A stretch of DNA of 64,000 nt from Nemertoderma westbladi (taxonomy: Eukaryota > Animalia > Xenacoelomorpha), in assembly GCA_032718475.1 (NCBI GenBank), contig JAUCBJ010002030.1, positions 8,422-72,421 of the forward strand. The letters run 5' to 3'. Each line of letters opens with the position of its first letter. Positions within the stretch are counted from its first letter, which is position 1. The position numbers and the translations under genes are program-made. Shown here one piece after another: positions 32,789 to 44,497 of the stretch. Below the pieces are notes generated by a model. It did not search any database, was not told the origin of the DNA, and was given only the letters and a program-made list of their open reading frames with translations.

Positions 32789-35428
32789 TTGTGGATCAAT
32801 ATAGGCGATACTCTAGTAGGTGTATTCTACATACCACCACATGCTAATAATATTTGGGATGACCTGGCCGAGGAAATGGAGAATGCTACCAATGCATCTC
32901 AAAATGTCCTTCTAATGGGTGATTTCAATGTTAATTATCAATCCACATATGACCCCCAATCAAAAAATAACTCTGCATATTATAAAAACAAGCAATTCCT
33001 GGAAATACTAACGACATACAACTTACAAATCCTAAATACCGAGCACCCCACTAGATATAAAGCAAAAACCAGCTCTCTTATAGACATGTTCATAACCACC
33101 TCAAATAATACAGATAACTATATTGAATGCAATACATTTCCGGCTGACTTTTCCGATCACGAATTTATAGTACTGAAATCCAAACAAGTAATTTCACAAC
33201 CACCACAAAACACGAAACCAGTATATTCTACAGTTAAATTCCGCGATCTATCACATTTCAATGAATCTGATTTTCTTAATGAAATTAGTAAAATTGACTG
33301 GACGAATAATTATTTTACAAGCAATGTAGATTACGTTTATGACAACTTCGAAAATAAATTTAATGAAATATATGATAAGCATGCACCAATTAAAACTAAA
33401 TGCATACGATCTAGCAATAATATCAAAAGCAACTTGCACAACATATCACTATGGTGGAACTCAGAACTATCATCCCTAAATATTGAAAAACAGCAAAAAT
33501 TAATCAGGTGGAGACATTCAAAAAGTGAAAGTGACTTTGCAGACTATAAAACAATTCGAAATAAATTTAACTCACTAAATAAAAACCTAAAGAATAAATA
33601 TATAAAATCAAAACTAAATGATGCAACTGCAATAAAAGACAAATGGGCAATATTAAATAAAATCACTAATAATAATAAAAAAACCGAGCAAACTATATCG
33701 TCCTTAATTAATCACGCAACAGGCTCTATTATTTATAACATATTACCAATGGCGAACCTACTTAATGACACATATCTAAATCTGGGTAACTTTCAAAGCA
33801 CTGGCTATATAAAAAGACATTGTACTGTTCACTCTAGTTTCAGCTTTAAGAACGTAACCGAATTAGAAATATTTGAAATAATATCTAAAATAAACACAAA
33901 TAAACCAACTGGTCCGTCAATATTAAGTCCAAAATTAATAAAACTAATTGCACCGTATATTACCATACCACTAACTCACATCACAAACTTATGCCTAACG
34001 TCAAGCACTTTTCCTTCTCGGCTAAAATCAACCTTTATTACTCCTGTATTCAAAAAAGGGTCTCGAGATGAACCATCTAATTATAGACCTATTTCTGTCA
34101 CATCAACATTCGAAAAAATAATTGAAACAGTCATATATCACCAAATTACAAAATATCTACACAACAATAAAATACTACAAAGTAAGCAATTTGGTTTCAG
34201 AAAAGGGTATTCTACAGCAGACGCCGTTTTATTTGCAACCGAGTCTTGGAAACGCGAACTTAACGAAAAAAAATATATTGCTATTGGAGTACTAGATCTC
34301 TCTAAAGCTTTCAACTCCCTCCAGCACGACATTCTCCTAGATAAATTAATAGAAATTGGATTCCAATCGAATGCTGTTGCACTTATTAAAAGTTATCTTC
34401 TCGACCGCCCGCAAGCTGTAAAATTAAGCAAAATGTTCTCAGACTGGAAAATTTGCAATAGGGGTATACCACAGGGCACCAAACTTGGACCATTATTGTT
34501 TTTAATATATGTCAATGACTTTGCAAATCAAATAAATTTGGAAACAATCCAATATGCCGATGACACTCTTATATATTGCTCGCACCCAAATGCACATACT
34601 GCAGTAAAACAACTAAACAATCAAATCACATATATTAGCCAGCTATTCGCAACACTAGGTATGAAATTAAACTCAAATAAAACAGAACTTCTTGTTATAT
34701 CCCCATTAAAGAGAACAGACGAATTAAATAATCTACATCTTGTGCTTAATAATGACATAATTAAACAATCAACCACAATTAAATATTTAGGCATCATCAT
34801 AGATAACAGATTATCATGGAAGGACCAAATAAAAACTACTACATCTAAAATGGCAGCGGCCACATCCACAATACGCCAAATAAAAGGACAATTGCCAATC
34901 TCTACGAAATTAATGTTATACAAAGCTCTAGTCATGCCGTACCATAACTACTGTAGTATCTTAACAGCGACATATAATAATACTCACGGATATAAGGAAC
35001 TACTGTACAAAATGGATAAGATTCAAAATTACGCACTTAGGCTAATCTATAACAAAAAAATACGAGAAACTTCAGGAACAGAACTAAGACAATTAGCTAG
35101 GATCCCGCACCTTAACGCACTGAGAGAATACCACGCAATACAATATTTCTATAAATACATGTTCAACATTATCCCAGCATTTAAATCATTAAAACTCCCG
35201 TTCATCAATCAAATATCACTATCTAATAGGCAAATAAATCCACGAACTAAAAAAATAAAAGTTCCAAAAACAACAAACAGATTTGGTCACAACTCTTTTA
35301 TTGTCACATGCATAAAATCATGGAACAATTTACCTAATAACATTCGTAAATTTGCACTCAATAATAATTTTTTATCACTATTGGAAAATTACTACATAAC
35401 ACAATATGAAAGAAAAGCAGTAACATAA
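32789..35428 (+). CDS. CR1/L2-group LINE ORF2 remainder (APE endonuclease C-terminal part + reverse transcriptase)
   Basis: MGDFN, SLID, SDH; NYRPIS, QFGFRKG, DLSKAF, GIPQG, YADD, KYLG. N-terminus lies at 13131-13301; 3' UTR runs to ~36005 and ends in TTTG repeats. Confidence 0.92.
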   Translation: MWINIGDTLVGVFYIPPHANNIWDDLAEEMENATNASQNVLLMGDFNVNYQSTYDPQSKNNSAYYKNKQFLEILTTYNLQILNTEHPTRYKAKTSSLIDMFITTSNNTDNYIECNTFPADFSDHEFIVLKSKQVISQPPQNTKPVYSTVKFRDLSHFNESDFLNEISKIDWTNNYFTSNVDYVYDNFENKFNEIYDKHAPIKTKCIRSSNNIKSNLHNISLWWNSELSSLNIEKQQKLIRWRHSKSESDFADYKTIRNKFNSLNKNLKNKYIKSKLNDATAIKDKWAILNKITNNNKKTEQTISSLINHATGSIIYNILPMANLLNDTYLNLGNFQSTGYIKRHCTVHSSFSFKNVTELEIFEIISKINTNKPTGPSILSPKLIKLIAPYITIPLTHITNLCLTSSTFPSRLKSTFITPVFKKGSRDEPSNYRPISVTSTFEKIIETVIYHQITKYLHNNKILQSKQFGFRKGYSTADAVLFATESWKRELNEKKYIAIGVLDLSKAFNSLQHDILLDKLIEIGFQSNAVALIKSYLLDRPQAVKLSKMFSDWKICNRGIPQGTKLGPLLFLIYVNDFANQINLETIQYADDTLIYCSHPNAHTAVKQLNNQITYISQLFATLGMKLNSNKTELLVISPLKRTDELNNLHLVLNNDIIKQSTTIKYLGIIIDNRLSWKDQIKTTTSKMAAATSTIRQIKGQLPISTKLMLYKALVMPYHNYCSILTATYNNTHGYKELLYKMDKIQNYALRLIYNKKIRETSGTELRQLARIPHLNALREYHAIQYFYKYMFNIIPAFKSLKLPFINQISLSNRQINPRTKKIKVPKTTNRFGHNSFIVTCIKSWNNLPNNIRKFALNNNFLSLLENYYITQYERKAVT

Positions 35429-36007
35429 TCACTTAACTATACATTATTATAAAAGTCAGGCTATAAAAGAAGGGAAGGGGGGGGGGGTGGGGTGGGGGGG
35501 GGGGGGGGGGGGCAAGTATGTAAGGTGCTTGTAATTTTTCGTGTTATTTTATCTATACTGTGTATTGATATTGAAGTATGGAGTACGTGGATATTAGTTT
35601 TATTTATGCATGGTATGTGTGGGGTGTGCGGAAGTGCATGTTTATGCATGGGATGGGCTTGATAATACGGGTTGATAATGCGATAGTACGTTAATAGTTT
35701 ATGTATGGCTGAGCCTGGCCCATGCACGTAGTTTTATTTAACCATACACCATACAACTTTAGTTAACTAAGTACGGTTGTAATGTGTACAGTAAATATCT
35801 TATTCTATTGTTTAGTGTCGTATTATTTACAAATTATACTGTGTCAACACATACATAGAAGATGGACCAAGTCCATCCAGCCCGCTGACTTTGACCTTTT
35901 AAACTATCAGTTTAATGTGTAACTTCGGTGCCATTTCACTGCCTTTAGTCCAGCATGCTGGCTAAAGTTTTAAGGTTAATATAATTGAATTTTGTTTGTT
36001 TTGTTTT

Positions 36008-39000
36008 GGTTAAACATGCCCTCTATATCGCACGTGAAGGCATGTTTTCCACTTCTAAACCTCAACAGAACCTCTATCCCCGAGTTGTAGATATTGGGGC
36101 CTTCCAGTAGGTAATAGTTTAGGCTCTTGCCGTTCGTCTTGGCAGATGTGTCGACCACCATTCTTAACTTGCCCTTCTTAGGGTCTAGAGCTACATGAAG
36201 TGGCAAATAGTAGGTCCTATCACTATTCGGCTCGTCCACTGGTAGTTCCACGGCCCATCCTTGATCCACATACTTCTTGATGGTCTTGTGGGTGTAGTCG
36301 TTATTTTCGGGGCTCCGTCTAAGCGTTTGCTTTAATTTTCAAAGCCTTGTCATGACCATCCTCTTGTTGTCTGGTATGGGCACCTTCGGCTGCTTCCATA
36401 CCATCCCTATGGTATATCGCCCCCCTCGCACTTTATCGAGTTCCTGACGCTCTTCTGCTGTTTGTCCGAGGCCGATACCGAGGTTCCCACCCCGGTATCC
36501 TTCAACCCCTCGAAGTCCTGCTGTAGCAGCCTCTTGAGTTGCTCCTCTGCTCCTTCATCCTCCATTTCCCTCATTGTTCCCGCGAACATGCACCCTGAGG
36601 ATTCGGACACACTGAACGGGATTCTTGTCTTTATTGGGCCGCTGAGCGTCCATCCGAATTGCGTGAGAATGGCCACCGGGTCTTGCTCCCTTCCTCACCG
36701 AAGACGGTCTGTAGTCTCTCAGGGGCCATCGGACAGTCCATACTGACTATGAGAGACACTTTCGGGATGTCCAGTTCGGGTACGGAGAAGTTGATGTCGT
36801 CCAGGTACCGGTATTGCTCGATATCAATCTTTGTATGTCACCTGGCGTTAATGGTGATCAACTCTATTATTTGGATGGGTTCGATGGTAGCCCTATAGTC
36901 ACACCCTGGTGTTATCGCTGCAATCTCGCAACGCCCCGTCCTCATCTTCATGACCTCATCTTTGCTGGAAATTGTGGTTACCGCCATCTTACTTGGCCTT
37001 GTTTGTAACCCTATCTTTTCAGCCACCCAACTTTCCACTAGCGTGAATGCTGCTCCGCTATCAACCAGCATTAGCGTCGTAACCGATAGCTTGTTCTCCC
37101 CTATTATCCTCACTGGTACTACTCCGAGTAGTACTGTTCCCTTCCTCTTTGCTCCCATGGTGCTTGTCGCCATCGCCTGGCTTCCAGTACCATCAGTCTC
37201 GGCATATTTAATTGGTGCTTCCTGACATTCATCCTTTCTGTGTCATCCTACCGCACATTGATGACATAGTCCATTCTTACCAGTATAGGCTATCCGATCT
37301 TGTTTAAGTCACGCCTGCCAATGCTTGCAGTCTATGTTCTTATGGGTCCCGTTTCTGTGCAATTGACATTTGTAATCGGGATTGTAGCATTCCTCATATA
37401 GCACATCGTGTATTGCATTTAGATTCATATCTAGCGGTTTGGTGTTTTGGTTGCTTGGACTCGGCCTACTGGGGGTATTGGTTTTGTATCTACTGGTGTT
37501 GTTGCTTTGTTTCTGTCCCTGTTTCTACTCCCAGCTCTCTGTGGACTTATAGTCCCCTGTGTGGCAGCATATGGTAGCGACTGCCTCACCTTCGGTAGTG
37601 CATTAGCCACACTATGTTCGGGTTTAGGTCGGCTGTATTCCAGTTTCAGTACCTTGCCTAGACTGTCCTCACTATAGACTGGATCCGTTATTAACTCCGC
37701 CTCGTAGTTAAGGAAGTTCGACATCTCCTCCAACCCTGGCTCCACACCCTCTTTATTTCGTGTGGAGAAAGCGATCTTTCTCCATTTATTCCATCTAGAG
37801 TCTTTAAGACTATTAGCGCTTTTTCTACTTTGTTAGCGAAAGTCTTTATGCTAACGGGGTTATCTGCGAGTCCGCGTTCGCCTGCGTTTCCTCCTGCGCA
37901 ACCGCGCGGCCTTGTAGGCCCCCCGCTAGGCGAATTACCTGTTTCCCCAACGTTTGTATTAATTATACCGCCACTAGCCTCACCCTGTTGATTTATTACA
38001 TTACTATTTAGATTATTTTGATTAATTTCACCGGGATTATTTATTATATTGTCGTTTACTGTACCACTACTAGCATTATTTAAATTATTTTGGTTATTCG
38101 GTGCATCAATATTTACATTATTATTTATTAAAACATTACTTCCTGCAAGAAATGTCTTATTAGTACCAGGGGTTATCTACTACGGTATTATTAATGTTAA
38201 CGTTTTCATTGAACGTATTGTCGTTACCCCCCCCCCCCCCCCCCCCCCCCCGTCCGTCCGGTCACACCAGTTCTGGGACCTGTCGTCCGGTACCTGTAAG
38301 TGGGGTATTAACAAAGGTTTCCATCACCCCTGGTTCCTCATAAATACTTCCCGAACCAGCCTCGCTCTCTGCTACACCCATTTTCGCCAGTTCTAATCAG
38401 CGTTTTTGCTTCGCCTGATACTGCATTAACCCACTCAACCAGGTATGCATATCATCCCGCATTCATTTACCCACCCTGTCTCTCTCTCTGTCCTCTCTAA
38501 TACTCTGATCAGCTAACTCCGCCGCCCTCGCCTCTCGCTCTCTACCCTCGTTCATCTCTCTCGCCTCCTGCTCTCTGTGCTAGTTCACTTCTCTCTCAAT
38601 CCTCTCAGCTCTCCTCGCTTCCTGCTCTTTGCGCTCATTCTCTTCTCTCTCAATCCTCTCAGATTTCCTCGCTTCCTGCTCTTTGCGCTCATTCTCTTCC
38701 CTCGTCTCTCACTCTTTGCGCTCATTCTCTTCCCTCATCTCTCGCTCTTTGCTCTCACTCATTTCTCTCTCATCACGTTCTCTATAGTTTCTCGCCACCC
38801 TCTCGGCCCTCTCTTTACACTCTCTCGGTAGTTGCCTTTCCCTTTCTAGTAACGCAGTACCCTCTAGTCTCCAGTCCTCCAGTCTCTCTAGTTCCTTTTG
38901 GTCTAGCGCGACTATGTCTAGCTGGCACGCCAGATCTATTTCTAACACCCTTCTTGCTTTCGTGGAGGATGAAGCGGACTTTTCAGTTGCGACGGACTCC

Positions 39001-39301
39001 CGTCGCCTGTTCGTTCTACTAATTTTGCTATGCTTACTAGCATTCCTACTAACCGACGACACCGAATCTTCAGGGTTAACCTCGGGTTCGGCGTCATGCG
39101 GATCCGCCCATCCCACTAACTTAATCCCCCTCGCATCCATTAGATAAGGCCCTATGTACACTATACTAGCTGCCACCACCTCGGATTGCCACATTTCGAA
39201 CAGTTCTGTGGCGACCCCCCTCGCCCTCTCACTTGCTAGTTCCCCCTGCACAAATCAGACTAAGGTAGTGAAAATGTTTGTTGCACTCACCTAGCCTCGG
39301 G
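36008..39301 (-). pseudogene. E0 gag-protease-RT N-terminal part, degraded
   Basis: YYLPLH, LLEGP, CDIEGMF (RT); LVDSGA (protease); TQFGW; E/R-rich coiled-coil gag fragments; many stops and frameshifts. Confidence 0.85.
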
Positions 39302-39306
39302 TACAA

Positions 39307-40448
39307 TGTTCGCGCTTTTAGACCTTTAGCAGTTTAACCTGCCAATTTTAGTTGTGCTTTTGTTTATAAATCGACTTTAGCCTATATAAATTATTTAGTG
39401 TACTGAAATTACATCAGCCGAAGCCAGTCTGTGCGCGACCATTCACCCACAGTTAAGGGAGACTGGATTCGGATGCTTTGATAGTGATTGCGGTGTAGAC
39501 CTACTGTATTATTCGATTGATCGTTACTATATAATCTCTGACAATATATTTACTTTCGGGGAAATATTAACAGTTCCTTTAGGACGTGGCGCTTTAAGTA
39601 TAAAAACAGAGTTATGACTTATACTAATCACAACTAGATGGCCACTACTGAGTTTCGTAAAAAGCGCATTCTTTAGGAGATGCTTATTACTTCACACTAC
39701 TTCACACTGACTTCACACTACTTCACACTGAATCTGCCGACCATCACTGAATTTGATCATATATAAGGAGGATCGCAACTGACACATGTAGGGATTATGA
39801 AATAGCATTTAATTCACACAAAAACCACTATAATGTAAGTCGCAGTTGCTACCGGTAAACCTGTTCCTCTCACCTTCAGTAATCAAGAAGATTGGGGGTT
39901 TTATGATTATTCATTGGTATTCTCCAAATATATCAGCAATATACATCAATATCACAACAATTAATAACAGAAGTAAAATAATGCGGTGAACAGTCAGTAT
40001 GTGTTACTTATGCAGTGTTCCATGTGCAGCAATGTTATGCAGTGTGTCGTTCGTGATTCAGATTGGTGATCCAAGTCAGTTAATAGTTTTACGTTCTTGT
40101 AATCAAAGCCATCAGATGTTTAGGCCAAAGTCTGAAACTTCCACAACAGAAGTACAGAATAACTCTAAGCCGGTTCTCTGGCTCAGAAAGGTAAACAAAT
40201 ACCGTAATGCATTGCGCGGTTTTCCATAGGCCCCTGTCCAACATAAAGTGAAAATCGCTCTGATTGGCTGAGCAGAACAAAGAGGTTCCACGTCTACAGG
40301 AAATCAGCTGACAGATTTCGTCATCTGAGCTCCAATCTTTTAGAGTATTATGCGCATTGCGGCAAAAACGACTTGTTATGTCCGCTAAAGCACCTACACT
40401 GCGCATTGCGGGGAAAAATGACTTGTTATGTCCGCAAAAGCTTTTACA
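39307..40448 (-). repeat. E2 3' LTR (1142 bp)
   Basis: Direct repeat of 50913-52068 with several indels and substitutions. Confidence 0.93.
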
Positions 40449-40526
40449 CCGCTCCCAGAAAATGGGATTTAATTCTATAAAATATAAAAAATCACAGTTT
40501 CTAAAATATAAAAATACTCTAAACAA

Positions 40527-40934
40527 TTAGTCCTTCTTACGTGAACGGCATTTACGAAGTTTTTTGAGGCTAGCAAGAGTCCTTTTCTCTTTGGGGCGAG
40601 CCACTTTACTAGGAGGGCTATAACTCCTGGGTGAGGGGTGCAATACAATTGCATCGGAAGGTTTAGGGTTACGGTCGGTGTATCCGCCGGTCGAGGTACC
40701 CGGTTGATCGATATCAACCTCAGTGGAACGAGGTCGAACAACCTTTAGAGCGCGTTTCAGGACAGCAGCTCTTACTGGTCCCTGAAGGTTCGTTTGCACG
40801 AGAGCGGTAGGTTGACCGTGAGTAGTGAGAAATTTCCTCGGTTTGATGGTTCTTTCCAACTCGCGTTCTCTGGCTTTATATTCATATGGTTGTCTATGAA
40901 CTTCTTGTATCTCTAGATACGAGTTTATGAACAA
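40527..40934 (-). CDS. Basic C-terminal extension of the E2 accessory ORF, in the -1 frame
   Basis: Overlaps the end of the 601-aa ORF; frame open from ~41066; ends in a K/R-rich tail as E1 ORF3 does. Confidence 0.5.
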   Translation of the reverse strand: MFINSYLEIQEVHRQPYEYKARERELERTIKPRKFLTTHGQPTALVQTNLQGPVRAAVLKRALKVVRPRSTEVDIDQPGTSTGGYTDRNPKPSDAIVLHPSPRSYSPPSKVARPKEKRTLASLKKLRKCRSRKKD

Positions 40935-42730
40935 GTCACCGTGGAATTTATCAATGGTAGAAACTTTAAACTGTATGTAGGATCTTCCGGTTTCGCCATA
41001 TAATATTGAGTTAAATTGACATAATAAGGGTGGTCTTTGATCCCATAAAATGAGTTCGGTAAAGGTCTAGCGCGTAGGTTGACCTCGTGTACCATACGAC
41101 GGACAAGATCCGCTCGATTGTCCGGAGGTTCAACGAGTATACCGTCGACACGAGTGGCCTCGATTGGCGGACGTTGTAACATAGGAGCGTCAGCGATAAG
41201 ATCTCTAGATCTTAGGTTGATATCAACCGGTTGGGGTTGTACCGTGGCGAAGAGTTTGTCTCCGAAATGGGGAACCATTGAAGGATGAATAATGTTTTTG
41301 GAATAGAGATCAGTCATAAGGATTTGAGCTTCTGGCTGGGCTAAAGCTGCTTCTTCTCTCTCGTCCATTTCGATATGCTTCTCCTCGAGCTGATTTTCCT
41401 CCGCTTGTCGTTGGAAGCGTTCGTCCAAAAACTCTTGCAGAGAGTAGATTCGTCCAAGTTCGATGTCTTCCTCGAGATTCTGGAATTCCCGATCAAACTG
41501 GGGTAAAGCTAATTCTTTTACCGCTTGGACTTGCCGCTGCAATTTACGTTTATCTAAACAATCGTAAGTTCCTCTTCCAATCTTTTGTCGAATAGCGTCT
41601 AGCGCGTTTCGTACAACGCTCTCCTCCACCTCGGTGACAGGTTGTATCGGGGTTAGACCGGGACGATTATACGGGTTGAACGGCGATATTAGGTGTCCGC
41701 GTCCCAATCCGGCTAGGTAAGATGGGCGAATATCTAGGGAGCCCACAACCGGAGTGCCACCGACTAATTGTTCTGGTAACACTAGATCTTTGAACAATGA
41801 GTGCAGTTCAGGAGGATCCGTCATACTATTAGGATCAAGAGTCTGAGGTCTCACCAGGGAATGGGGATGTCTGACCGAGTATTCCGGAACTCTGATCATC
41901 GGTTTATTTAAGGATCGTTTGAGTCGAGCGAGCGTAGGTGATACGTCGAACAAGTTTCGCTCGAAACTCCCGTAAGTATAGCGAGTAAAACTGTGTTTAG
42001 CGCAACGTCTCCGCGGATGTTTATGTCTTTCCGTTTGTTGGTTGGGTCTAGGGCATTCATCGCAATAATACCAAAGACGCACGTCTTGTAGGGGAAACGC
42101 GGGTGATCTTTCTCCAGTTTTACAATATTCCTCCATCTGTTCGAAGCTATCCGGTACAACAGGTAGCGGTCGATCGGCGGTAAGATACATCATAGTGAAA
42201 TAGAGTCGTTTGAGTTCTATCATAGGGTCATGATGTATACCTTGAGGATATCGAGTTTCTAGATTTTGTTGACTGGCTACATTGAGATATGTTTCTCTCA
42301 AGAATTCCAGATATTCGTTGAAGTCACTGCGTTTATCCGGCTCTTCAACGTCTTCTCTTTCGAGTTGGTTTCGAATAGAATTTTCGTGTTCGATTCTCAG
42401 TTTATCGTTCCGACTCCGCTGGGTATGATATTTAAATAGGATCATTTCCCTTTCGGTGTCTACATCGTCCGTATCGTGTAAATCGATAGGATGACCAGTA
42501 GTTAAGAAGTCCATATACGTACCATTACGATGCGTATAGCGAGCGGTGAATTTTCTATAGTCCAATTCACGCGTGAGCTGTTCCTTTGACATTGGCGGTT
42601 CGATATAATGGCCATCGTCCTCCGTAGTAGGTTGACTAGCGTCGCCGCGTATTAAACTATCAACAAACGCTTGCAAGGGTAGGGTATATCGCTCCCTGAT
42701 ACCAAGATCATCTTCTATCAACTCAGTCAT
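40925..42730 (-). CDS. E2 accessory ORF (601 aa), N-terminal region homologous to E1 ORF3
   Basis: RLYFTMMYLTADRPLPVV...WYYCDEC...RCAKH...RYTYG aligns with E1 RLYHTMQYLKAHEPMPAV...YYQCGSC...RCSNH...RYQEG. Confidence 0.8.
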   Translation of the reverse strand: MTELIEDDLGIRERYTLPLQAFVDSLIRGDASQPTTEDDGHYIEPPMSKEQLTRELDYRKFTARYTHRNGTYMDFLTTGHPIDLHDTDDVDTEREMILFKYHTQRSRNDKLRIEHENSIRNQLEREDVEEPDKRSDFNEYLEFLRETYLNVASQQNLETRYPQGIHHDPMIELKRLYFTMMYLTADRPLPVVPDSFEQMEEYCKTGERSPAFPLQDVRLWYYCDECPRPNQQTERHKHPRRRCAKHSFTRYTYGSFERNLFDVSPTLARLKRSLNKPMIRVPEYSVRHPHSLVRPQTLDPNSMTDPPELHSLFKDLVLPEQLVGGTPVVGSLDIRPSYLAGLGRGHLISPFNPYNRPGLTPIQPVTEVEESVVRNALDAIRQKIGRGTYDCLDKRKLQRQVQAVKELALPQFDREFQNLEEDIELGRIYSLQEFLDERFQRQAEENQLEEKHIEMDEREEAALAQPEAQILMTDLYSKNIIHPSMVPHFGDKLFATVQPQPVDINLRSRDLIADAPMLQRPPIEATRVDGILVEPPDNRADLVRRMVHEVNLRARPLPNSFYGIKDHPYYVNLTQYYMAKPEDPTYSLKFLPLINSTVTCS

Positions 42731-44497
42731 AGCTGCTATATGAGTTTATCAATATTATAATTAATCATAATTTAGGCTAGCAGTCGTCGCTGCCTCCCCC
42801 TCAATGCCCCCGGACAGCGCAAGCTCCTCAGCGCTGATGTACTGTCGCCGCTGTGCCTCTCGCCAACGTAGTAGCTACACAACGACAACAATAACCAGCG
42901 CGAGTCACTCCACTGTCCGTCCCAAGGGCTCAGAATTACTTCAGGTTCTTGCTACAGAGGCAGGGTAACTTTCACAACTGCGACTCGCTACTGTAAACAC
43001 ACTTTAGTAGTAACATTCACCTATAAACGCACAAATTCCACACAACTGTCACAAATTGTACACATTCGGGCCATTTGTCCGTTAGTCAAGTGCCTTCCAG
43101 AATGCCACGTTATTATTATGTATCCCTGGATACTAGCAGTGTGCTATTTATTCCGTATGCTATTCAATGGGGTAAGCTTTCTATTGTTCTTTTAACTCGC
43201 TTCTAATTCTAGCGTGGTTGTTGCAATGGTGACATTATGGAAAGCTAGCAGTAGAATTAGGGAAATTCTCATGCATACAGATCTGGGATGCTATTTAATA
43301 GTAATTCTTTAATTGTCAATATTCCCCTTTATACATGATTTTATGAATTTTATCGGCTATTGACTAGATATTGGAGATTCTCGCACACTAATATACTTAA
43401 TAGGGTGAATCTCTGCTCCCATGATCTATTAATTAATGGAATTTTGGGAATGTTATAAATTGTATAAAATGACAATTTATCAAAATCATGAGAGGATAAG
43501 AATTTAAATTTATTCCCGTAAATTTTATTATTTAATATTAAAATAGACACAATTTTACTCCAGAACATGTCTGTCTGGGGACTAGGATCCTTAATTCTAG
43601 GAAATTTGTTTTTTTAAGAGCATCGGTAAGTGCTACGATATCTTAATCGACTAGAATTTTTAAAGGATCTGAATTTTAACAGATTTTGATTTATAGATTT
43701 TTTTGGTTTACAAACTCCTTAGAGTTTATTTGTCTGCATTTACTCTATTATAACATTTGTTTTAATAGATTTTTATAAATATTAAATAGTTAATATTTAA
43801 GATGGGCACCGATTTATTCCAGAACTTGTCTGGGGACGTTAACCACTGATTCTAGAATTTTGTCTTTCAAGTATATCGGTGGGTGCCGCGATATCTTAAT
43901 CGACTAGAATTACAGATGGTCAAAGGGTTTAACAGATTTATTTTGCGTTTTACGCTACTGTTAAAGGGACATCACGCTACTATATGTATTATTTAATATA
44001 CGGCATGAGAGCAATATTGCAAGAAGCAATGTCAGTGAGAAGAGGCAAGTCGTTTCCAAGGTCTACCCAGAGCTTGGTTTAGCCGAGACACGAGGATCTG
44101 AACTTTGCATTCCTAATACTCTACTTACCAATAATACTTGAGTATAGTAGGAGCTTTATTGTACTTTAATAAGTACGGACATTTCATCTTACTGTAGTCA
44201 CGTATTTATAATATGATACGGACAGTAAGGAAAGAGAAAAATAATTATTTCTCGCCGTTGCACTAAATATATAATGTTAAGTAATTAAGTAATAAACACG
44301 GGTATATATATTGCACTAATCTACTAAATATTCGCCAAAATAACATTCTACTAAATAAAATTAAAGAAAACGATTATAATAAAATTATATAATAATACAT
44401 ACATAAATATAAAAATAATAAAAAAAATATAAAATACTATAGTCACACACCCACTCCAGACGCTGTTACGTTGGGGAGTCCCTAGATGTTGGTTGGA

